Part shown: positions 36,325 to 46,700 of the stretch, piece by piece | Position numbering within the stretch: the first letter of the stretch is position 1 | Layout: each line of letters starts with the position of its first letter | Origin: Candidatus Spongiihabitans sp. | GTDB lineage: Bacteria > Pseudomonadota > Gammaproteobacteria > Arenicellales > Poriferihabitantaceae | Direction: 5' to 3' | Length of the DNA: 64,000 nucleotides | NCBI GenBank assembly: GCA_965237725.1 | Contig: OZ250151.1 | Location: forward strand, 2,755,086-2,819,085 | Position numbers and translations under genes: made by a program | The notes under the pieces: generated by a model | What the model was told of the DNA's origin: nothing | The model's input: the letters and a program-made list of their open reading frames with translations, nothing else | The model's database searches: none

Positions 36325-36753
36325 CTAATTGTACAATTGCAGTTGTTCTTTGATGGCATCAGGCCATGGCAACGGACTTCGTTTTTGTAGGTCATACAAA
36401 ACGCCGACTACAGTCCCCTGTGCCTTGCATTGATTATTAAGGAAAACACCATTTTCGAGGGTGACCGAACTTGTTCCTATTTTATTTACCCTGGCGCCGA
36501 TATCTAACTCTTGGCGATACGAAAGTTCGCCAATGAAATCTATTTCAAGGTGCACAATTGCGATCGAACTAGTTAAAGGATTAATTTCGATCCCTAAAGA
36601 TGTCAGGAATTCCATTCTGGCGCTCTCGAAATACCCGCAAATGGCGGTATGATTGCAATGCCCCAGAATATCGAGATCAGAAAATCGGACTTTGTCTTTA
36701 ATCCAAAACTTATAGTGTGATCGCTGACGTTGCGTTTCTAGATTTTCGTTCAA
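36325..36753 (-). CDS. Hotdog-fold acyl-CoA/acyl-ACP thioesterase (4HBT/YbgC-like)
   Basis: 142 aa with VRFSDLDILGHCNHTAICGYFESARMEFL. Confidence 0.7.
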   Translation of the reverse strand: MNENLETQRQRSHYKFWIKDKVRFSDLDILGHCNHTAICGYFESARMEFLTSLGIEINPLTSSIAIVHLEIDFIGELSYRQELDIGARVNKIGTSSVTLENGVFLNNQCKAQGTVVGVLYDLQKRSPLPWPDAIKEQLQLYN

Positions 36754-36804
36754 GTATCTATTTGAAAATTATTATTTGAGGATATAATAGTGAATTCTCT
36801 TTGG

Positions 36805-37197
36805 CTAGTAAATCTTCAAGCAAATCGAAGGCCCAGCTGTCAATTGAACATTGGTTTGATTGTTAATAATAACAAAGCTTACTTTGACAGTTCCGTTTGG
36901 CATCATTTGATCTACCGTTAATGTTAAGCCCACAGTGTCGCCAACATAAATCGCAGCCTTGAAGTCTATATTTAAATTCAATATGACGTTACCTTGACCG
37001 AGCAACTCGGTAATCGCAGCAGAAATAAAACTTACTGTTGTCATTTCGTGGGCAATACGTTTTTTGAATACCGTTTTGGAAGCAAACTCATCATCGAAAT
37101 GAATTAGATTTCGATCACCGCTAATTTCTCCAAAGTCTTCAATCAAAGACGAGGCAATCGTTTTTTCTTGTCTAACACTATCTCCAACATTGACCAT
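36805..37197 (-). CDS. MaoC-like (R)-specific dehydratase/hydratase hotdog protein
   Basis: 130 aa with FGEISGDRNLIHFDDEFASKTVFKKRIAHEM. Confidence 0.75.
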   Translation of the reverse strand: MVNVGDSVRQEKTIASSLIEDFGEISGDRNLIHFDDEFASKTVFKKRIAHEMTTVSFISAAITELLGQGNVILNLNIDFKAAIYVGDTVGLTLTVDQMMPNGTVKVSFVIINNQTNVQLTAGPSICLKIY

Positions 37198-37420
37198 GAG
37201 AAAATATTTAACTTTGTTATTATTGACTAATTATATTAGATTTAGATAAATTCTTTGCTATTTTAAGGTCAGCAGATTGGATTATTTTAATTTACATTGA
37301 TTAATATTTAAGCAAGTTCGATGGTTAATTTTCTAAAGATCCAATTTATTTCGACTAGCTTGGTGCAGAGTCGCCCAGAAGGGTTTAAATAATTAGACAA
37401 TACTTAGAATACATATTGGT

Positions 37421-38929
37421 ATGCAAAACATTCTCGATTTGCTGAACATCACTGTTAAACAATTCCCAGATAAAACAGCCATTATCTGTGAGGGCGAGAA
37501 TGTGTCATTTCGAACGTTGGGTGAGTTAGTTGAAAACGTTGCGCAACAAATACGAGAACATTGGAAAATTTGTGCAGGTGACAAGATTGCGATTTTGTTA
37601 CCAAATTGTGCAGAATTCATATTTGTATATCTTGGGATTATTCGGACTGGGGCAATTGCATTGCCCATTAATATTCGTTTAAAACCCCAGGAAATCGCAT
37701 TTATACTGGAAGATGCGAATGTAACAGCGTTAGTCGCACACCATAAGACATGGGAAACGGTCCAACAGGTTATGGCAAATTTTCCGGAATTGCGTCAGAT
37801 CATGTCAGTTGGTTTTGAGAGTGAGCTTACAACTTCTATCAAAAAGTTTTTGACTGGATGTGAATCTAAGCGCAAGATGCCTGAACTGGGACCAGCAGAT
37901 GTTGCCGCAATTATTTACACTTCGGGAACAACCGGGTTGCCCAAAGGTGCAATGATCATGCATAAAAATATTATTTTCAATGCGCGTTGCACAATCGAAG
38001 GATTTGACTTCGAGCACGAAGATCGACATTTAATAACGGTTCCACTTTTCCATGTGACCGGCTTAAATACAATTTTGATAACGTCGCTTATGCTGGGAAG
38101 TACAGTAATCGTTTCAGATAAGACGGCGCCTCGAGATGTTATGACGCTGATAGATCAACACCATGTGACCACCTATTTTGGTGTGCCGACCACCTACGTA
38201 TTGTTAATTGATTTGGGGAATATTATATCTGCGGATTTATCTAGCGTACGAATTTTTGTATATTCCGGGGCGCCTATGCCGCCAGATACAATTTTAAAAT
38301 TGGATAGCCTTTTTCCCCATATCGATTTAGTCAATTTATATGGCTTGACAGAAACCACGTCGGTAACAACAGTTTTGCCTGCGGCAGAAGCATCTGGTAG
38401 AGGGGCGTCAGTAGGAAGACCAGTGCCCAATATTCAGTTAAAAATTATTGACTCAGGGGGAATGGAGTTACCAAAGGGTGAGATTGGTGAGTTGTGCGTA
38501 AAAGGCGATAGCGTGTTTAAGGGTTATTATGGTAACCCGGGTGCCACAGAAGCTGCGATTATAAACGGTTGGTTTAGGACAGGTGATAACGCCATTATCA
38601 ACGAAGAGGGTTATATTTTTCTGAAAAGTCGCAAAAATGAGTTGATTATTGTGGGGGGTGAAAATGTTTATCCAATTGAAGTTGAAAATGTGATTTGTTC
38701 GCTTTCGGAGGTTCTCGAGTCAGCTGTTATTGGCTTAGACCATCCTGTGATGGGCCAGACTGTAAAAGCTGTTGTTGTGCTTGAAAGGAATGCACAACTA
38801 AGTGAAGATGAAATAAAATTACATTGTTCACAGAGGTTAGCGTCTTATAAGGCTCCCCAGGCGATTGAATTCAGAGAACATTTGCCACGTAACCCCTCCG
38901 GCAAAGTAGTGAAACGGTTTTTGAGTTGA
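37421..38929 (+). CDS. AMP-dependent acyl ligase (acyl-CoA or acyl-ACP forming)
   Basis: 502 aa with YTSGTTGLPKGA, YGLTETT and GWFRTGDNA. Its stop lies 7 nt from the convergent hydroxylase gene's stop. Confidence 0.8.
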   Translation: MQNILDLLNITVKQFPDKTAIICEGENVSFRTLGELVENVAQQIREHWKICAGDKIAILLPNCAEFIFVYLGIIRTGAIALPINIRLKPQEIAFILEDANVTALVAHHKTWETVQQVMANFPELRQIMSVGFESELTTSIKKFLTGCESKRKMPELGPADVAAIIYTSGTTGLPKGAMIMHKNIIFNARCTIEGFDFEHEDRHLITVPLFHVTGLNTILITSLMLGSTVIVSDKTAPRDVMTLIDQHHVTTYFGVPTTYVLLIDLGNIISADLSSVRIFVYSGAPMPPDTILKLDSLFPHIDLVNLYGLTETTSVTTVLPAAEASGRGASVGRPVPNIQLKIIDSGGMELPKGEIGELCVKGDSVFKGYYGNPGATEAAIINGWFRTGDNAIINEEGYIFLKSRKNELIIVGGENVYPIEVENVICSLSEVLESAVIGLDHPVMGQTVKAVVVLERNAQLSEDEIKLHCSQRLASYKAPQAIEFREHLPRNPSGKVVKRFLS

Positions 38930-38936
38930 TATTAAT

Positions 38937-39926
38937 TTAATGATCTAGAACGATGTCCGAATTTTTAGATTCTCGATGGTAATTTGCTATTTGAGCAATC
39001 TGGGGTAACGACTGATACGCATTGCGAAATTCTTCGAGAACAGCAATTTCCTGTTCTGAAAAACAGGGATGCCAGAAGTTCAGGAACAAAACAATTCTGA
39101 TTTCATCACTTTTGTTCCAAGCCTGGTGTCTGAACGAATCATCAAATGTTAGAAGCTTGCCTTCAACCAATGGTCGTTCGTCTTCACCTGCTTTAATACC
39201 GCATTTTCCAGGTACAACCAGGGGAAGAAGGGCGCGGATTGCTCCATTCATAGGGCCGTGATGAGGCGAAATGACAGAATGTGGATTCATAGCGGAAAAC
39301 ATGGTGAGCTCTTTTTCGAATCGTGGCAATGACTCAAGTATTCTGGTGGTTTCCGGGCAGAGCGCACAATTTTCTTCCCATTTTTCTCCAAAAAAATAAA
39401 ATAGAAATGTATTCCAACCCGGTACTAGCACTCCGTATTCGTTTCTATAGGTATTGAAAGATTGCTGCGGTTTATTTAATAAATTGAGTAGCTCTCCCTT
39501 TATTACCGGGAAAGCTTGTTCAAGTGGATTTGCCCATTCGAATTGCGCAGGGTCGTAGAACGTTTGGGCCGGTACTCCCGGAATATAAAACGCAGGACGT
39601 TGGAGCGGATGGGTATACTTTGAATTTATCTGGCTGACATTTCTGGAAAAAGTATCAAAAACTGAATCCACACCGAGAGCCTGTAATCCCGTTCTAATAG
39701 TTGGGAGTTGGTCCATATTTAAATAAATATCCCGAAGGCGTTTGGTATCAGTTAGTTTTATCTTGAGTCTGGAATTAGATTTTTCATCAGAAAGATCAGG
39801 TCGAGGAAATTTTAATCTAAGTTTGAATATTAAAACGCCAGCAAGTCCGATAATTTTGGTTCTCAGATAAAGCTGGTAAGGAAAAACCAGCGACGAATTT
39901 ATTATTCTTGAAAATAGCAGTCGCAT
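38937..39926 (-). CDS. Aspartyl/asparaginyl beta-hydroxylase family (LpxO/OlsC-like) oxygenase with an N-terminal membrane anchor
   Basis: 329 aa. Hydrophobic segment is IIGLAGVLIFKL. The C-terminal block is PGWNTFLFYFFGEKWEENCALCPETTRILESLP ... ISPHHGPMNGAIRALLPL ... TFDDSFRHQAWNKSDEIRIVLFLNFWHP. Confidence 0.7.
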   Translation of the reverse strand: MRLLFSRIINSSLVFPYQLYLRTKIIGLAGVLIFKLRLKFPRPDLSDEKSNSRLKIKLTDTKRLRDIYLNMDQLPTIRTGLQALGVDSVFDTFSRNVSQINSKYTHPLQRPAFYIPGVPAQTFYDPAQFEWANPLEQAFPVIKGELLNLLNKPQQSFNTYRNEYGVLVPGWNTFLFYFFGEKWEENCALCPETTRILESLPRFEKELTMFSAMNPHSVISPHHGPMNGAIRALLPLVVPGKCGIKAGEDERPLVEGKLLTFDDSFRHQAWNKSDEIRIVLFLNFWHPCFSEQEIAVLEEFRNAYQSLPQIAQIANYHRESKNSDIVLDH

Positions 39927-39958
39927 TGCATTTAACTGTGGTGGTGTACTCGTTGCAG

Positions 39959-40705
39959 TTATCTAATTTTATGAACGATTGTACCGATTAACTTTCCAAG
40001 GTTTTCGGCGTGAGGGCGCTGTAACATCGAAAATGTATCGCCCGACACACCAAATTCATCAACTGAATTTTTGGTCAGGTTATGCCATCCTCTTAAAATT
40101 TGGTCACTACAGTTCTCTGATCGAATTAATATTATTTTTGAAAATATTGGCCCACTTGTGAATTTCAACCCAGCATTAATATACGAATGGGTAATTATTT
40201 TTAGTCGCTCCGCGATTTCCTCTGGAAGTAAGTTGAGTTGATGGACTGTTCGTTCTTTAACGGTATTGACCATTTTCTCCACTTCAAGCAAAATTTTTTC
40301 GTCCACTTGGTGATTACTGGAGTTTTGTGGATGGGCGATACTGTCTAGTAATATTAAACCGGCTACAGTGCCGCCTTCTTTTTCAATTTGCCTAGCAATT
40401 TCAAATGCAACCGTACCTCCGAAACAATGTCCCGCAATGTAGTAAGGGCCTTGTTCCTGCCTATCCGTTATTTCGGATACATAGGCGCAAGCGATTTCTT
40501 CGATGTTTTCATGGGGCGCTTGATCCACATATAGCCCTGTAGGTTCGAACGAGAAGAAATTAATTGGAGGAGATGTCGCCCGTGCGAGGCTTATAAGTGA
40601 CAACGGGGTGGTTCCTGCTGATGGGATCATGAATAAGCTAGGCCCTGACATATCTTTGGTTAGCTCACAAAGATACTGTTGATTATTTGATTGGCTCGGG
40701 GTCAA
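39959..40705 (-). CDS. Type II thioesterase (alpha/beta hydrolase)
   Basis: 248 aa with the nucleophile elbow GHCFGG. It starts 12 nt downstream of the PKS stop. Confidence 0.75.
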   Translation of the reverse strand: MTPSQSNNQQYLCELTKDMSGPSLFMIPSAGTTPLSLISLARATSPPINFFSFEPTGLYVDQAPHENIEEIACAYVSEITDRQEQGPYYIAGHCFGGTVAFEIARQIEKEGGTVAGLILLDSIAHPQNSSNHQVDEKILLEVEKMVNTVKERTVHQLNLLPEEIAERLKIITHSYINAGLKFTSGPIFSKIILIRSENCSDQILRGWHNLTKNSVDEFGVSGDTFSMLQRPHAENLGKLIGTIVHKIR

Positions 40706-40717
40706 TTTTTTGATTTG

Positions 40718-43700
40718 TTATATCGTAGTTGATTCCCGAATTTTTTGGGACATTTTGCAGACGCTGGGGAAATCAAATAATGCGGTCACAGGGAGATCAA
40801 TATTATATTTTTTGGTAACGGCAAACTGTGCCTGGATAGCAGTTATCGAATCTCCACCAAGATCAAAAAAGTCATCATCCGCACCAATTGGCGTAACACC
40901 CAGAACATTTTCCCATATTTGAGTCAAGTTTATTTCTTCGGGGTCAGTGGGTTCGCGGTAAGCTGTTTCGAGTTCAGGACGAGATCCCCGGCCAATATCC
41001 AACATGTCCATACGTTCGTGTGCCTGGTCGATTGGCAATCCGGTTGCAAGAACATAAGATGGCAGATGATTGCGCGAAACCAGGCTTCGAAACAGCGCCA
41101 TGCCATCTTTTAATGGCACGCCTTTTCCATATTTTTCATTAAACGCTTTGAATATTTCCTGCCACGAATCCGGATGCTTTTGTATTTTAAATACGTTTTT
41201 CCCAATATGTGCTGCCCGGGCTAAACGCTTGAATCCATCGATAGCGTTATCTATTGGAATAACCGTTGTAGGTGCCGGTTTTAGAACTCCAAATTCAATG
41301 TCCTGCACTAATTTGTTTAACATTCGTTGAACCGCTGGATCTCTATTCTTAACTAATTGCCCAAGATCAAATGCATGATATGTGAGGCATTTCTGGAATG
41401 GTAATAGGCCTAGTTCAGTGTTTGAATAAATATCGCGTTTACCAATCTCAAGAAAACGACCTTTGTATCGAAGCAATTCCAAACTCGCGGGTATAAATTC
41501 ACCAGCCAGCGAATTAAGAACAACATCAACTCCTTCATCATTGGTCCAGCTGCGAATATCGTCTACGAAATCAAGTGAGCGCGAATCCGAGACATGCTCA
41601 ATGCCTAGTTGTTTTAGATAATTGCGTTTTTCTTCGCTACCTGCTGTGGCGAAGATTTCAGCGCCAATATTTTTCGCATATTGAATTGCAGCGAGCCCCA
41701 CACCGCCAGATGCAGCATGGATTAATATTCTCTCACCTCTTTTTAACTTTGCCAATTCGTTGATTACATAATCTGCAGTAAGAAAAATTGTTGGCAACCC
41801 CGCGGCATCTTCAAATGGGATGTTAGATGGCATTGGCGAAACTAAATCAAAGCGAGTGGTGATTGACGTAGATATTGTATTATTTCCAATGGCAATAACA
41901 AAATCCCCAGGTGAAAGATCTGTGTTTCCAGGTCCTACGGCATTAACAATTCCAGCGCATTCTCCGCCAATGGATAATTGTTCCCCTTCCATTAGTGGGT
42001 ACTGCCCTAGTGCGCTGAGTAAATCGCGAAAATTCAATCCTGAGGCAATGACATCTATCTGTACTTCTCCCGTCTCCGGAGACTTAGGTTCAAAATTTTC
42101 TGGTCCTATTGAGTCAAGTTCGCCGGGTTCATATACTTTTAGAAATTGATTTCCGAGCAGGTTGGTTGCCGCTACATCAATATTGTCTTGATCACAATCT
42201 GACCGAACGATATCAGTCGCCTGAGCGCTGAGTAATAAGTATTCGTCGATTTCTACTAAAACTTTTCCTTTGTCATTGACAAATTTTATATCGTAGACAT
42301 CGAAATCTTTAGAGCGTCGGCGATTCCCATATACATAAAATTCTTTTCCAGGTGCATCGAAAATTCGCATCGATTTCATTGTGTATGGTAATACACCTTC
42401 GGTGAAAAATCGCCAGCAAGGCACATGTACGGCACGATCGATCAGCGCAGGATGAAACTCAAACTCATTCAGATCAGAAATATATTCATCTGCAAGAATT
42501 ATTTTCCCCCAAGTCTGGTCGCCATCCACGACAATTCCTTCAACACATTCCCAACGATTACCAAAACTAACCAAAGTACCATTTTTTTGCCAGACTGAAT
42601 CTTCGACTAGATTCATAGGCAACGGCGGTTTAAATTCTTTTGACTTGTCGCTAGTAGTCTTGACTGCCCCCGTGGAATTTACGATCCAGTAATCAGCTTG
42701 TAATACACGAGAGCGCACTTCGAAGTACTCGACGTTATTATCATTGAAAAACTTGATTTCTATTTCGGTTCCACAAGTGTCTATAAACAGCGGTCGCAAA
42801 AACCCAACATTACTCAATTCCACACCATAATTTTTTCCACGCAACTCGACGTAAGCCCCACGAACACATTCCAGGATGAATGTTCCAGGTAGTAAGGCGT
42901 GATTTTGGACCCGATGGTTTAGATACCAGCTATTGTCGTCTGCTACTATTCCTGTAAATATGGTTTGATCATTTGAATCTGTTTGGTATTTGCTGAGCAA
43001 TGGGTGATCAAATTCAACTATACCGTCTGAAAAATTTTCAATTTCATCTGTTCGATCAATCTCATTGCGATTCTTGTTCACGGCATTTACCGCCATGCCT
43101 AATTCCTCCAATGGACCAAATCCAATTGCACAACTAAGGCTGCGTCGATCGCGCGAACGTTTGTGTGAAAGTATGTCTAGAACATTATTTGAGGCACTAT
43201 ATGCACATTGGCCAACAGATGGTAGAACCGAGGCCTGTGAAGAAAAATTAACGAATATATCCAGATTATAATCTGCAAAAATTTTCTCAAGATTGAAGGC
43301 CGTATGTACTTTTGCACAAAGTTTCTGGTCGACGTTCTGTTGAGTATCCATATGTGCCAAGCTAATAATACTTTCTCCGGCACAATGAACAACCCCATTT
43401 ACTTTAGAAAAATAATTTTCGGCGATAACGATGGCGGACTTCAGGCTATCGATGTTTGTGACATCCGTGTGAACCACCAGCACCTCGGCTCCCATAGATT
43501 CTAGTGTGAGAATGGCTTTTAAAGCGAAACCAATTTTGTCACTCTCCTTAGCCCTCGAATTCCATTCATCCCGAGGAGGTGGTTGCCAACGGGAAGTTAA
43601 CACCAATCTGCAATTCGAAATAGAATATAATTCTTTTGAAATTTCCAGTCCCAAATAGCCAACGCCACCAGTAATTAAAACTGTGCCGCGGTGGCGAATT

Positions 43701-46700
43701 CTCGGCTCACTGATTGCGAATTCCTTTAGAGGATATATTTCTTCTACATATCGACCACCAGGTCTATGCAAAACAACGTTTTGGGCAGTTCGTGATTCGC
43801 ATTCAATAATTATCGATCCAACTAACCTATCAAAATCTTTTAGATCGGAAAACCCCGAAATTTCGATGCAACGAATGGTGGTTCCAGATAATTCATTGGG
43901 TATGTTCTTAACCGGACCCAGTAGCCCGCCTTTCTCCGCGTGCAGTGGGGTAGACTCCCCGGGCATCTGACGTAGTCCGTCTACAACAATTGATATATCA
44001 AAATCGTCACATATTTTGAGATCAAGCGCGGCTTTTATCAAAGAAATTATGCTGTGATACCCAAGGGTGTTTGCATTTTTAAATGCTTCAATAGAATTAT
44101 GCTCACCATCTGTCCCAGTAACTGACCATAAATGTAATACGCGTGGAGTAAGGTTATCTCTACCCGCTTTGAGTTTTAAAAGTACAGATTTCATGTCTTC
44201 CTTCGACGTTGGTCGGATGCGATATACATCAGCCTCGATTTCAGAAAACGCTTGACCTGGTATGAGTTCTACTACTCGGTTATTGTCAGCTTTTAATCTA
44301 TCGCAAATTTTCTGCCCCAGTCCAACTTCATCTCGGAAAACCAGCCAAGTCTGGCTTTCAATTCTAGATTCGCTGTTTTCGATTTCTTGTTTTCGCCAGC
44401 CGGTTTCATACAACTTGAGTTCCGTCCTGGATCTAGTTTTGGATTCTCCAGATTCCGCCCAATATTTTAAGCGTTCAAATGGATATCCCGGCAAGGTTAG
44501 TTTTTTGCAATTTGAATTAGAATAAAAATTGTCCAAATGTATATTCGCGCCGCTACACCAAAATTTTCCCAGAGCCGCTAGTGCGACGTTAGTGTTATTT
44601 TTTTGGGGTGTTGATTTTGTATCAAGAATGGAAGTAGTGGAAAGGTCTGAATCGTGTTGCTTAACCAGGTCGGATAATCCGGTGCCCGGACCAAGTTCTA
44701 AAAACAGTGATTCAAAATTATTTCGAACATAATCTATAGAATCTGAAAGTCTCACCGGGCGACGTATGTGCTCAGCCCAGTAATCGGCGTTTGTAGCCTG
44801 GTCGTCTGTTAGAGGTAAACCAGTGGTGTTTGAAATGATTGGAATCTCCGGCCGATTTAACTCCATACTATTTACAACGGAGCGAAAACCTGGAATTGCC
44901 GGTTCCATCATCCACGAATGAAAACCATGGGAAGTTTTTAGCTGATGGGTAATTACATTTTCTGAATTTAGTTTCTCGAGAAATTGAGCCATCTGTTCGG
45001 TAGACCCTGAAACTACACATGCATTTGGGCCATTTACAGCAGCGATTTCAACACCAAAATCAAGTTTGTTTAGCAATTCAGATTCAGATTGAAAAACAGC
45101 CGCCATTTTACCTGGATCACACTGTTGCATTAATTTTGCTCGGTTGGCGACCAACACAAGTGCATCATCCAAAGAAAAAACATTGGCGAGGCAAGCCGCC
45201 ACAATTTCTCCAATCGAATGCCCAATAATAGCGGTGGGCTCAATCCCCCAGGACATAAACAGTTTGGCCATGGCGTATTCCACAACAAACAATGCGGGTT
45301 GGGTGTTTGCGGTTTGTTGAAGTAACTCCGACTCAGGATTATTTGGTTGGGTTTGATCTATATGGATAAGAGTACGAATATCTAGACCCAAAAGCTTATG
45401 CAAATGTTCAGCACAATAATCAACTACATCTCTGTAGAATTTCTCGTGGGTATAAATATTTTGTCCCATCCCTAAAAACTGTGCACCTTGGCCTGGAAAC
45501 AAAAATATTGTAGCGCTTTTGTTTTGGTCGACGACACCGGAAAACAGTGGCATTTCATGGATCAGATCCAGTGGCTTGAAATCGTTCTGTCTGGTAATAA
45601 AGCAACAACGGTGTGCCATCTCGGTCCGCCCACACTGCAAGGTATGTGCAATATCAGATAGGCACTCATCCGGATTGACTTCTATATACCATGCTAAATC
45701 AGAAACCCTTCGATCCAGGGATGATGCGGTTGCAGCGGAAAATACAAGTAAATGGTCTTGGCGTGAAGAACCTGAAACTTGAGTTGCACTGAATTCTTGC
45801 AAGATCAAATGTGCATTTGAGCCGCCAAACCCAAAAGCAGAAACGGCGGCCCGCCGCGGGGTACTATTATTTGACCATTCGAGAGACTCAGTCGGAATAT
45901 AAAATGGGCTGGAATCAAGATCGATCAGGGGGTTTCGCCGTGAAAAGTTTGTAAGCGGGGGCAATCGACGTTTTTTAATTGCCAGGCAAGTTTTGATTAA
46001 ACTGACAACACCCGCAGCTGTGCGTAAGTGACCTACGTTGGATTTAACCGATCCAATGGCACAATAGCCCACTTTTTCGGTTTCGTTTCTATATACCTCA
46101 GTGATTGAAGCCACTTCAACTGGATCACCCAATCGGGTGGCGGTACCATGAGCCTCAAGATATTCAATTGATTCAGCATTGACGTTCGCATCATCGAGTG
46201 CGGCTCGAACGACGGCCTTTTGACCCGTTGTGCTCGGGGCGATAAAACTTTCTTTGTAAATGGGCGCACCGTCATTTAATGTTGCAGTACCTTTGATCGT
46301 TGCATAGATATTATTTCCATCCGCTATTGCATCTTCCAGAGGACGAAGTACAACCACGCCACCGCCACTTCCAAAGATTGTGCCGTCGGCATTAGAATCG
46401 AACGGACAAATCCTGCCAGATTCCGACAACATGCCATCAACGGTTGACATGTATCCAGCAATATGTGGAATTTCTACGCCAGCGCCGCCGGCCAGCGCCA
46501 AATTGCATTCTCTGCGTCTCAATGCTTGAGTTGCCATATGAACCGCAACCAGTGAAGTTGCGCAGGCTGCCATTACAGAAATACTTGGTCCATTGAGGTT
46601 TAACTTGTAAGAAACGCGGGTGGTAAAGTAATCAATTACATTGCCAAGTGCATCTGGCAGTATTTCACCGAGATTTTCAACCCTATATCCAATGCTATTA